A DNA stretch of 56,422 bases, the filler included, from Sphacelaria rigidula (lineage: Eukaryota): NCBI GenBank assembly GCA_964200075.2. It is 4 parts of 4 records of this genome, joined end to end, with 100 filler letters (N's around TTAATTAATTAA, not from the genome) between each part and the next. Parts side by side here need not be neighbours in the genome. Positions count along the whole stretch, not along the records: positions 1 to 14,031 come from CAXNAA020002496.1; positions 14,132 to 28,162 come from CAXNAA020002497.1; 2 more parts are not named here. The stretch is one strand, 5' to 3'. The notes below the pieces were generated by a model, which saw only the letters and a list, made by a program, of their open reading frames with translations, was not told where the DNA came from and ran no database searches. Shown here piece by piece: positions 12,046 through 24,300 of the stretch; the first letter of the stretch is position 1; each line of letters opens with the position of its first letter. The translations under genes and the position numbers were made by a program.

Positions 12046-13960
12046 CCGGCTCCGCCTCACGCCCTCCGTTGACAAAATCTGGAACGGGGATCTCCGGTAT
12101 CACCCCGCCTTCCCCCCCCCCTCGCGGGGATGGTGAAAGCACTTCGCCGCCTCCACTACTGACGGGGATTTGCGGTGCTGCTCCGCCCCTCACACCAACG
12201 GAACTCGGCGGGGAGGACGGCGCGCTTGAGGAACCGCTGGACGAAGTGACCACTGTCGAGCTTTCCGTCCTGTCTTTACTCACACCCTGGCCTTGATCGA
12301 CACTGGAATCCTTCAGCTCGCCCGACGTCTGGGTCGCTTATGCTCTCGTGTGCGTCGATCTTGGAATCGACGGCCGCAGTCCCTTCACCTCTGAGCAGCC
12401 GCGGCAGGGCTGCAGCCCCCCAGCCAGCTGCTTTCCCTGCTGCTTCGCCGTCTTACGCAGTAAATCCTCGTGGACGTGGGCGTGGGCACAGTGAAATTCG
12501 TTGATGACAGCGGTCTGGGGGCTAGGCGAAGCCCCCGGAGCAATAACAGCATATGCCGAAGCACACTTGTCACTACCACTTTGGTCGAGGCGGCGGGCGT
12601 ACATTCTGAGTTGACGTGGTTGTCCGGGTATTTTCAGTGTATTGCCTGAAGTGAGATCTACCCTGAAACCTGTACAAAAATCAGTGTTGGTGTGTCCCTT
12701 GTGTTGGACCCTCGTGAGTGACAAGAGGTGATGACGGACACCAGGTACATGATCAACATCCATCAATTTTAGGACCACATCCTGTTCGTCAGATCTGAAG
12801 GCAAGAGACAAATTTCCTCTGCCTACGATCGGGTGAGTACTACCTCCCGCGCACCGTAGTACCCTACCCTTGCACTCTTTGTACTCCGTCATCCCATGGG
12901 AATCGCGGGAGAAGTGCTGGGTGACCCCCGTGTCAAATACCCACGGTTCGCCCTCACCCTGCTGACTATCACTCCCCCACTCAACACTCAATGCATAATG
13001 GCCTGCGTCGCCGTTGATGGTGGTGTCGAAAGAGGTGAAAGCCTCCCCATCCGCCACCGAACAACGGAGGAGCTGTCGCTGTCGTCGGCAGCGCCCATCG
13101 CCATCACCAAATCTTTTTTCTTCGCTGTCGATCTCGGACAGGCCCAGAACGTGTGCCGCTGCTGACCGCACCTCCCGCAGTATCTCTTCGGGCAGTTCCT
13201 GGCTCGACGCTTCGTGTCCTCGTCGCAAACGTGGCAGCGGAGCAGCTTCTCAGTCGCCGGTTTGCCGTCCGACGATGCCGACCCAGAGCTACTTGAACTC
13301 TGGCTCCCGTCGTTCTTCTGACCAGAGCTCTGGGGTTTTCCCTGTTCTCCCTTGCGGTGTGCACCGCTCGCTTTTCCGGTTTCACCCCTGGCAAGGAGAG
13401 CCTGGTCGCCCGGGGGTGGCTTCTTTCTCCGGGCAAGTTCCTGTTTGAAAGATGTCGATCCGAAGCGCTTTCGGATCGAAGTCAACACAACCTCCCGTGT
13501 CAGCGGTCCCTCTCGATCCTCCAGCAGTTGCTTCTGAATGTGATACTCGGAGGGCAATGCGTTGAGGAATTCCAAGAGGATATGGTTTTCGCTTAGTCGT
13601 TCATGCTCCTCGTATGAGTTCAGGTTACGTCCAATTTCCTCATCTCGAGAAGCTTCTGCTCTGGATCATCACGGACACCAATCTTGACTCCATCGAACTT
13701 TTCCAACAAAGCGGTTCTCGCCCTTTGTTTTGGGGCGAAATACATCCTCGAGTTTTCTCCAAACCGCACCAGGTGAGTGGACTACCACCATGGTTACCAG
13801 TGGGGAAAAAACGCAAGCACACGCAAAAAAACGGTAACCTGGTTGTCAGTGAGTGGCGTGTTTTACAGCGTCATCGCCAACTGACGCCAACCCCATCGGG
13901 GGTCCGCCCCTACAAAGCCGGGACGGAGCACGCCGGGCTCTGGCCGGACCAGGCTGAGGA

Positions 13961-14031
13961 GGGGGGGGGGCGTTCTCATGTGTTGCTTGCCTTAGTCGTC
14001 TGATCATTGACCACGCACCCCTTTCGAGACG
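13961..14031 (-). mobile_element. 3'-terminal fragment of the oligo(C)-tailed LINE, cut by the segment end
   Basis: Reverse complement reads CGTCTCGAAAGGGGTGCGTGGTCAATGATCAGACGACTAAGGCAAGCAACACATGAGAACG followed by C10. Confidence 0.85.
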
Positions 14032-14131
14032 NNNNNNNNNNNNNNNNNNNNNNNNNNNNNNNNNNNNNNNNNNNNTTAATTAATTAANNNNNNNNNNNNN
14101 NNNNNNNNNNNNNNNNNNNNNNNNNNNNNNN
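14032..14131. other. Artificial contig linker (N44-TTAATTAATTAA-N44)
   Basis: 100-nt spacer with a six-frame stop 12-mer, identical to 28163-28262 and 42294-42393. Confidence 0.98.
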
Positions 14132-14167
<36 letters not shown>

Positions 14168-14370
14168 TATTATTACTATTATTATTTCCGCACATTAGCC
14201 CGATCTCTCGAATCCGTGGTCATCATAGTCGTAGGATCGTCTTTCCAACCGTCTCTGCCACTTCTTATAAGACTCAGAGTTCTCATTGTTTCTTCTGAGA
14301 CTCCAGACAAAAAAAAAGTCAAAATAAACAAACCAAATGACTACACGGCGGTAATTTGTGGTAATCGCGG
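14132..14370 (-). mobile_element. 3' end of a non-LTR retroelement with (TAA)n tail
   Basis: A (TAT)n tract abuts CCGCACATTAGCCCGATCTCTCGAATCCGTGGTCA. Homologous sequence occurs at about 20500-20680 and 4310-4365. Confidence 0.6.
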
Positions 14371-16104
14371 TCGGTTACGTTTTTGACCGACATCGGTACG
14401 AGCTGGGCCAGCCAACAAACGGACGTGCCATGTCACAGCAATACGCCTCATCGACGCAGGCGAATTGGGTCGCGACCCGGACCGTCTTGTTAATCGTCTT
14501 ATCAAGGGAGAGATGGTTACTCAACAGCCCAGTCAGATGCTTTCTCGTTGATGAAACGTTATGTCAGGTAAATCCCGTAACATACGGAAAAATCTCGATG
14601 CTACAGCCTGTACGAAACTCAGTCACAATAAAATTAGCGGAACGACGCTGATTTTTGGTATGAACGTTCCCCGGGGTACGGTGAAACGATCGATACCGTC
14701 ACCTTGACCTGATTCGTTAAATATATCGAAACGTATGGCGCGCATAAGAATCCACACCAAGTTCAAGATGTTGCACTCACTGACTGCACTAAATCTGTAT
14801 CTTACACCTCAGTTTTTGGCGTGGAGTATCGCAGTGCAAAGAAAAAAAAAAGAATGCATGCTGCATAATACAGTCTTTTTTTCTTCCATGACTGAATGGC
14901 GTTTTGTCAAAAATGGATGTTGGTTTTTGCCTCTGAAAAATGCCGTTTCTTATTCACGACTGTTTCATTTGGGGGCGGATTTTTCAATGTCGGCACATTT
15001 GAAACGACTTTTGGCCCCCAAACAGGGACTATCGCCATCACATGTCTTGGACACTTTACATCACTCCACCGAGACAAGTCTAGCCCACTTTTCCGATGCA
15101 CTTGGCTCCGAGATTTCGATAATGACCTTCCGAACAAAAGTCCCGTTTTTTTGTCGCACTTTAAACCAACCCCTCCTCTTCCTTATGTCCATTAATTGGC
15201 GACCGCAAGCCTCACCTATTCCTCCCTTGCCTGAAATTCGCAAATTCCCTGCATCATTCACGACCTTGTCCTCTCTCAAATTCTCAATTTCGTGTTCATC
15301 GCTTTCGATGCACCCCCGAGTCTTTCTACGATAGCCCCCCCCCTCCCGAAAAAGTGGCTGGTTTGGGGAGGCAAAATCTAGACGTTAATCGAGATGAAAA
15401 AAGCCAAGCACAATGAGCACGTGGGAATTCCCACGCTCGGGTTCGTTTCCGCCAATGCCGCCCATATGAGGCGCTTCATGCAGCCTGAAATCAAACACCA
15501 GGTGCTGTATGACCATTTTCTTCGTGACAGTTTGGGCTGGTTTGGGGGGCCATCGTAGAACAACTCCCCCCCCCCCCCCCCCCCGCCCGCCCCCGGATTA
15601 TCTCAATTATCTTACACCCGTCATTCCGCGAAAAGCCTTCGGCACTTCCCCAGAAACGGTCGCACATCTCCACCCGCCTTATCTACCATGGCACTCCTCG
15701 CCTCTTCCTTTGCGATAACCTCCCTCCTGTCCCCACATTCCTTTCTGCTTGCCGCTCTCTGCTCACTGCGGCACCATCGCCCTCTGGCAGTTTGCTTGTA
15801 CGTATTCCATCCATTTGTCGTTGGTACATCTTATCCATGCGCACGTCTCGAACCCGTACTGGTACGGGCGGTTCGCTCCCTGACACTTGCGACCTAGAAG
15901 ACCAACTACCGAAGGCGGGGTGTTCTCCAGCAGCTCGCTCTGCTTCTTGGCGTGTCGCTGCCCCTTTTGCGCCCTCTGGTCCGGCGTGGCTTGCACGCCG
16001 CCCCCACCACGTTCAAAATGAGTCGGCGCCGCCCCTCGGGCCACCTACCCCATCGACGGAAACTGCCCTCTCCTGGGGTACTGTTGCGAGTGCTCCGCTA
16101 CCAC

Positions 16105-16630
16105 TCCCCCATATCCACGCCGATACGCTCCACTATCCTACGCATGGGCCTGCCACTGCCTCCCCTGGTGCTTTATGGGCCTATGCACTTGCTGATCCGC
16201 CTTACGCATCATCATCCGCTGCCTTATCCTGTGGTCGTCCTCACTGAGAGTTTCGATCGCTACGCCTTGTCTAGACGGCAACGCTACGTCCGCCATCCAG
16301 CCAGTGACTAATTCTGGGCTCCTTTGCTGCGCCACATTGTCACCCCGTATAGTCCAGCGACGGTTCCGCCGTCGCTCAATTATGCGGGACAACATTGTGG
16401 TGCAGCAAAGGAGCCTAGAATAAGTCACTGACTACGTGGCCGACTCAGTGCTGCCGGCTAGACAAGGCGTGGCTACAGAAACTCTCGGTGAGGACGAGCC
16501 TGAGATGAAGCAGCGGATGATGATGCATAAGACGGGCCAGCGAGTGCAGAGGCCCCTGGAGAACCAGGAGGATGCAGTGGCTAGCCCACGGGCAGGGTAG
16601 TGGGAAGTGCGGGCGTGGACATGGGGGGGG
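16105..16630. repeat. Long imperfect inverted repeat (foldback)
   Basis: Arms pair around the core AGCGACGG-TTCCG-CCGTCGCT (about 16356-16376), e.g. CAGTGACTAATTCTGGGCTCCTTTGCTGCGCCACA vs TGTGGTGCAGCAAAGGAGCCTAGAATAAGTCACTG. Confidence 0.85.
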
Positions 16631-18330
16631 ATACTCATGATCTTGCATGCGGTAGTCATATGACCATTGGCCTCGTATCCCTACTAAGCCGGGACGGAGC
16701 ATGCCGAGTTCTCGCCGGACCAGGCGCGCAATCACCAAGTGCGAAGCGCCGTGATGTGTTCGGCCAGTCACACGAAGGGTGGGCTGCATCCTGCTAAGAT
16801 TGCTCGGCACGAAGCGTGTTGATTATCTTGCACATGGATCACAGCCTCCAATGAGTTGCTTCATTTTCTGGTATCACCAACTCCAGAGACAGCCACGGGT
16901 TCCACACTGCCTCATGGTTGTCTCACCATTTTAACACTACTTAGTATGATGATCCCCTTTGCGCCGAACTGAGGCTCTTCCACCCCGCACAATATGATCT
17001 AACTCAACCACTATCATGGTTACCGAGAAAAAAAAATGCAAGCGGAAAAAAACTGGTGACGTGGTTGCCTAGCTGGTGCAGTGAGTGGCGTGCTTTACAG
17101 CGTCGTTGTCAACCGACGCCAACCCCATGGAGAATATGGGGAGACGGCAATTTGTGGTGATGGGGAAGATGGCCCGCGGGGTGGCACCGGCTGACGGTAG
17201 GCAGGGTTATTCTTCCCGCGCCTTTCTCGCGGGCGCTCCCGCCGTGCTACTCCTGCTGCTGCCCCCTTCTGCATTCTTCATGGTGCTGTTTTGCTGGCTA
17301 CGCGCCCTCAACCCCAAAATCTGCCACCGTATATTTCTCTCACTTCAGGACTGGTTATCTCACGACCCTTCTTGGTATCACTCCGCTTACCAACCTCATA
17401 GCATCCCCATCCTCATGGCGCGCTCCCCCTTCCACACAGACGATCGCGTCGCTCATAACTCATAGCCCTACCCCCAGTCAAACCACACCTGCGATTCCCC
17501 CGCATAATGGCGCTCTACACCATCACGCCCATCACGTCCATCGATCGGGCCAGTGGAAAGTACATACCAGATGTCAAAACATATATCTCTGAACTGAGGT
17601 GGGAATCCGCTTTCAAGCTCAAATCCGTTCTAGGCTGGCGCAGCCCGTAACTTACCGGCTGGTTACGGATGCCGGTTCCGGTGATGTACATCCGCTGCAC
17701 CAGGCGTGTAGGACGATTGACTACAGTGCAGTGCATGACACGAAGCAGCGTTCACGGCCAACATACCATTTAACTGGGTGTCAACCGATGAAGACCGTTC
17801 GTTGATGCTTCTTGCACGACTCTGAAGTGGGCGTCTTTTGACTACAGAAGTCATCTGTGGTTCTGCTGCCTCTTGTACCAGTGCAGTACTGTCACAACAA
17901 CCTGTTGTTTGTCTGCCTCCACTGCTGGATCGCTGTACTCGACTGTTGTTGTACTCTGCTATCGTTCATTTACTATATGTATGAGCATGTATTCTCATAG
18001 CTCACAGTACAGGAAAAGTGACGCTGTGAATATCCCTGCTTTCAGTCACACCTGAAAACACCTTGTTGCCGGAAGGAATAAGCATAAAGCATAGCTCCAG
18101 CGTAGTGTCCGCATCCTGAAGCCACGGTAACAACACTCGCGCTCTCGTAGAACAACTCACAACTCGTCGAGTGCAACACAGCACACACAACATGAACAAA
18201 CCGAACCATTTTCCTATTCGAACCTTTTTCGAACCAATTTCAATCGTTTGAATGTCTACAGTTCTGTCAACTGGTTCAATCTTGCCGAACACGGCACAAT
18301 CGCCGCCTCCGCGGGGTCTGTGGAGCTTGC

Positions 18331-21300
18331 ATGAGTTACAGCCGGGCCATAGATCCACGGGCAGCGGTTGCCCTCGCCCTCATGTCTCTTGGGCTACTGT
18401 CGGCGCTCCGGCGAGGTGGGGCGCTGCGAAGTTTCCAGCTACCAGCTGCACTGGGCCGATTGCAGTACGGTGGCCGGAGCTTAAGTGGCGCTGGGACAGC
18501 GAAAAAGCGCTTATCAGGCAGCGAGCGACGTAGCAGTAGTGGCAGTGGTGATGTTGGACCTGAAGGATCCACCGTGCCTGATACCGTGCATCGAGTAGTC
18601 GGTGCGGATGAATTGAAGGTATAGTACAGACAGTATAGAAAACAGATACTCGTAGTGGGGGACATCAAGTACACTACAGGAGCAACACATTTCACATTGC
18701 CCCCATCACCAGGCAATAGGCACCATCATAACATTCCCAAGCGTTATTTGACGTCTTGAGGCAGCACATGCCGCAGCACGAGGGTTCGGGTGTACTGTGC
18801 CAGTCAATAGATGGAGCTGTTGAGGGAGTTGTTTTTCAGCTACAGTACCTCAAAAACGGTGAAAGCGGAACAATAGACGAGCCCGCTCTTGCGGGACGCA
18901 TGACCTTGATGCGGGATAACTTCAGATTGGTGACACCCTTTCATAGTTGGAGCTTCCGGTACACGATACTACCTGACGAAAACTCGATGGTTTGACTGGA
19001 CCATCAAAGATGAAGATAACCGAAGCGGGACCATTGTGCGATTCTGTACCCAGTTTGCCAGACGTCGATTGATTACCCCAGTGGTTCTCGGGCCTCGGTC
19101 TACTTTGTAACAAAACGTGAGAATTGTTGATCCATGAACCATGACAGGTGAGTTGTCTTTCCCCCATTCACGTTGCGTGACTGAACATTTCATGCTACAG
19201 GGGGAGCTTATTATTGTTGGCGATATACATGGATGTCACAACGAGATGGTGACATTGCTGAAGAGGTGTGGATACAGGGTGGGCAACAAGGAGGACAGGA
19301 ACCGCTTCACGGTCGTACTTGCCGGGGACCTCGTCAACAAGGTACTAGAGGGCATGGTCCCACCGCACAAGGCACCCAGCCTATCGCACAGATCCCGTGT
19401 GTCGTCGCTATTTGGTTGTAGCATGGCGCAAAGTCCCCCTTGCGTATACGGCAGTTTACGCTGCCTGCGCTTATTTCTGCACCCCGATCGACTACCTCTG
19501 GCATAACAACAGGACAATGACGTTGCTGGCGGAACTCTCGTCGCGCACATCCTCGATTCCCAACTTCGCCGCATCATTCCACTCAGGGTCCTAAAAATGC
19601 AGCCGTGGTGAGGACGGCGAGAGAAGAAGGCTTTTTGGCTATTCGCGGAAATCACGACAACTTCGCCCTCTCCGCTGCAAACGGAACGGGGAGATTTGCG
19701 AAGAACCCGACACTGAGGCCTAATGGAGGACGCAACGGCGACACGGGGGTGGCACCACCCAATGTTCCAGCCTGGGTGTCGCAGCTATCCAGGTGGTGCC
19801 TCCTAGACGTTTCGAGCGAAGCCTGAATAAACTTTTCATGAGTCGGTTGGCATGTATATTGGGAAGGGGGGGAGGGGGGAAGGGGCGTCAACGCTTGTTT
19901 CGCTGTACCACAGTGGTGAGTTCTGCTCAACGCGTAAGACGCGTGGCTCGCTGTCATTGTTCGCCGTTCTTCGTCTTTCCAATCCATAGCATGAACATGC
20001 ATGTGAAATTCGCGTCTCCTCTTGTGGTTTGTCTGAAAGCTGCGGACGTCTCTTGCTTACACGGGATTTTGGTGCGGCGTGCCAGGGAGGACCGCGAATG
20101 GCTGGAGGCTCTACCATACTCCATAAGATTCCCATCGTTCGGTTGCGTGGTGGTGCACGCCGGGTTGGTGCCCGGGGTGCCTCTAGAGAGTCAGAGCCTG
20201 GAGGCCATGACTACTATGCGAAACGTGAAGGAAGGAGAGAACGGCTACGAGCCTATTGCCTACACGAGTGAAGGTGCGTTTTCCTCGAAGGGGCGGTTCT
20301 AGTGTCAGCGGATGGAAGGGGGGTAATGTACAATAGTTGTTGTGCTTGGTGTCGAGTTGGGTGCAGGCATGCGAAGCGCACGTATTGCCTCCATTCTTCA
20401 TCAGAACGGGAAGTGATCGCCACAAGTAGGCGTTTGGTGGTGTTGCGTTCCAGCCGCACTGGTGCTCCACTGTGAAAATTGCCGTTACTGGGAACGCTTT
20501 TATCGTTATTTCTATTTCTGCGCATTAGTCCGACCTCTCAAACCCGTGGTCAAGGACGTAGGCTCGTGTTTCAAATACCGTCCCCTCTATTCCTTACAAA
20601 ACATAGAGTCCTCGTCTTTTTTTTCAGAGACTTTAGACTGATTACAGAAACACTGGGAACACTAAAACAATACAATTATGTGCGAACGGGTTGGCATATA
20701 TCTCCATCAGAGATTGCCATTCATTTTTCTCGACATCAGAGCCATCAAGATATACCGTTATGTTCCTGACTGTGCAACTTCTGTGGTTGGCTCAACAGCA
20801 TGTTGGAAGGATCTTGATTGACTATGTTTCGCTGCATCTACTCGCCGTGCGCTCATTTCAGTCCGCTTGGGGGTGCAGACGTTGGTCTGACGTGCAGTAT
20901 ATCTTAATACAGTCGGAACCAGTGCAGACCTCGCGAGGGGTTGAAATACCGGACTGTGCAGAACAAACCACAGGGTCAGTCCAATGTATCAGCCACTTGT
21001 TTTGTGCAAGTGACGTAAAAAAGGTGACTGTGAACATCAATGGTATACATATCAAGAGCCGTTTCTCTCTGATCGGGGTGCATATTACACTGCAAATTGT
21101 AAATCAAGAGGCCGTACAAAATTTATAAACTGCACGGCGGTGTCCCCCAGAGGTATCGTATATGGATGACCCATCAACAACGAACTGTTGTGGCATGTAT
21201 TTTGTCACCATCCCAGGGGCGCTACTGCATCCCGGTTCAAACTAATAGTTATCGCCACGGAGGCGTTTTACTTCTTTGCTTGTCGGTGACAAAATGTGTC

Positions 21301-24300
21301 GATGCATGTTTGTACACCTCCAACCGACGAAAATGCCCTTGTGGGCAGAGACCTTGGTGCATCAAACTCATCTCCCCCAGCACACGTCAGCCACCGGCTC
21401 GAAATCCGCAACGTGCCTTACATAGTTTTATCAGCAGTATACCGAAAGCTTTGGTCGTATATCCATGGTAGACAACATGGCCACTTACTTGATTTTACAA
21501 TTGAGAAAGTTCTGAGAACATTTATGGTTTGGGACAGGTGAGCAATGGACCGGGCTCGTCGAGAACTTTTTTTTTTTGTCGAAATCGGCGCCTGCGACGT
21601 CAATTTCAGGTCTGCCAACTCACACTTTGCCTAGGGGAACCTATGCACCCCCCTTGCCCGAGGGTCTCGTACGCCTTGGGTCGAGGTTATGATTAGGGTT
21701 GGCTTTAGCGTTAGCTTGTTCCAAAAATCAACGAGAGGTATACGACCAAAACTTTAGGTCGCCTCCTCATCCGAGCAGTGCGACACCAACAGTGCCGCCG
21801 CCCAAACGCGCCATGGTCGTGTTTGGAGGTTCGTTTCGGTGCTGGCACCCATGTTGTTGAAGTGCCCCGAACTGTTAACACGTCTGTTTGGGCGGTCAGA
21901 CGGCACAGACAGCGTGAGCACCCGCCTGAACACAGCCACGGTGCTTTTTGTGTCATGGGAATCGGCGGTGACTCTACTTTCAATGATGACGACAGGGCAT
22001 ACCACCGGCTGCCACGTTTGCGGGTGAGGTGTGCTGAACGAAGGGCCGTTGACAGATCGAGGCCTGCGTCGCTTGCAGTTGTTTACATCTGGTGTTCAGT
22101 TCGTACGTGGTTGCTTCGATATCATGTACTGGTGCAAGTGAATCCGTCTTGAATGGTCACGCTCTTCACCCCCTTCCCCCCATTTTTCGTCACGGAATTC
22201 GAGGAAGAAAAATCAACGCGTAGGCAGAGGCAAATGTAGAGACATCAAAACGAGAGGATAGTGGCTGCAAAGATTCGCAGAGAGAGTTCACCAGAGTTAA
22301 AGTGAAGCAGTGTGTAGCTTCACTCAAGAACAGAACGTCAGGCGGGGGAGACGAAAGAGTGAATGGATTTCTGAAGTACGGGGGAGAGGGGATGATTACT
22401 ATGATGGTTATGCTATAGCTGGATCGGGGAAAACGAGTACACACCCAAGAGGTGGAGAGAATGAGTAGTAGTCAACATTTCCAAGAAAGGAGACAAGGCT
22501 GACCCAGGTAATTATAGAGGGCTAACGCTACTGAGCACCGTAGGGAAAACATTCTGTAAGATTCTGAACGATAGAGTGGGAGCAATGCTAGAGAGGAGAT
22601 AATATATCAACGAGGGGCAAGCAGATTTTAGACCAAACCGCAGTTGCGTAGACCATGTGTAGACATTGGGTAAGATTATTCAAGGTAAGAAAGACGCCGC
22701 GATAACAAAGTACTGTTTCTTTCTGGACGTACAAAATGCCTATGACACAGTATGGAGAAATGAGCTGTGGAAAAAGATGTGGAAAACTGATATTCAGAGG
22801 AACGATGTGGAGAATGAAGATGACAGAATATGCCAAATGTGCTATGGTGCTAGACGAGGAAATATCAATATATTTCTAAGTTTTACAAGGAGTTGCACAA
22901 GGATGTACGTTATCACCAACTTTATTCACAATATTTATTTATGACCAGATACTAGCAATAGAAGCAGCGAAGCAAGGAGTCAAAGTGAGGCAAGATATGG
23001 TATCAGGATTGATGTTCGCGGAAGATTTCGTGGGGATATCAGGAAAACCAGAAGGATTGAAGAAGCAAATAGAAAAGGCGCTATAATACACTCGGAAATG
23101 GAGAGTGATAACGAACGTAGATAAGTGCGCGGTACTTATATATAAGGGAGACGATAAGAGGAAACTGCCGATCGTAGACCAGTATACATACCTTGGCGTA
23201 GAGATCTCAAAAAGCTGTTTTTGGGATGCACCCATGACTAAAAGAAAAAAAAGGGGAAACATAAATAAATAGTAGACGAAAAAATACAAAAGATAATGAG
23301 TTGAAAAAATAGGAGGAACAAAAACAAAATAACATAGGAAGTGGTAAAATAGGGTAAGGCACAGATAGGCAGGATGGACGTGATCCTCAGAGACTCGCAC
23401 CTAGATACTAGGATTAAGATATGCATTCTGATGAACGTGATTGCACCAAAGCTGGAAGATGCAGAAGAAGTATGGGAGGGGAACGCGAAGTGGGTTAAGA
23501 AGTTGGAAACAGTACAGTAGGCAGCAGGTAAGAAAATACTTGGATACTCGAAAAGGACGAGTAATACAGTTCTGAGAGCAGAGGTGCACTCTGATGAACG
23601 TGATTGTACCAAAGCTGGAATATGCAGGAGAAGTATGGGAGGGGAACGCGAAGTGGGTAAAGAAGTTGAAAACAGTACAGATGGCAGCAGGTGAGAAGAT
23701 ACTTGGATGCTCGAAAACGACGAGTGATACAGTTTTGAGAGCAGAGTTAGGAGTGTACCTACTTGAAACGAACAGAGACACGATACAATCGAAATGACAA
23801 TATAGCGTAAAGATTATACAGAAAAATAGATTGCCAGCCATAGTTGATGGGGCTGTATGGAAGAAAATGACGAAAGGGCAGGCTGGAATAAGATAGGATA
23901 AGAGAAGAGGAGAAAGTATGGAAGGAGATAGGAGGACACCAGGACGGAATACTGTCCATACGTTAATTTTGGGGGTACAAGACAAAAGTAAGAGACATGA
24001 TAAACATAAGGGGGAAAAAACGCTCAGACGGAAAGTAGACAAGGAAGTACACCTGAAGATATACAGGGGGTTGAGAGAGGGGATAGCGATAAAAAAATAT
24101 ACCCGCATGGCCCAATGGACGCGGCGAAAAAGTTGCAACTGCGATTTCGGGTTGGGGACCTGGACATGGCAGAAAGAAGGAATATGAATATACCAGTAGT
24201 CGAGAGGAGGAGGAAGTAGATGCACAGAGTTGTCCGTTTGGCAAAGCAATAGAGAATATAACTCATATAGTGGCAGGATATGAACTATACAAGGAAGAGC

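Larger units (their letters stand above)
8720..13650 (-). mobile_element. Decayed Ty1/Copia LTR retrotransposon, 5'-truncated, integrase core deleted
   Basis: On the minus strand in Copia order: gag with FLNALPSEY and CCHC-like knuckles (13575-13140), protease WVFDTGVTQH, GAG-pre-integrase (H..H...CRGC), RT (WLGAMQAEL, KWIF, LARGFGQ, KSIYGIKQAGRQW, VHVDDIL), and RNase H (DRRSVSG, LSTTEAEYVA, KHIDVRYHFIRE, DILTK) ending at the stop at 9411. Multiple frameshifts and stops. Outer limits are approximate. Confidence 0.95.

Noticed and set aside
15952-16810. Two similar ORFs on opposite strands suggesting duplicated genes
   Set aside because: Explained by the inverted repeat; no recognisable domain or splice structure.
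17634-17790. Possible last exon of the SPRING-like gene (CRFR*CTS / ACRTIDYSAVHD)
   Set aside because: It lies in a different concatenated segment, contains stops, and lacks a convincing CRTSS...HEN motif.
21680-21720. Telomere-like TTAGGG motifs (also at about 50660-50700 and 56020-56037)
   Set aside because: Isolated degenerate units within dispersed repeats, not a telomeric array.
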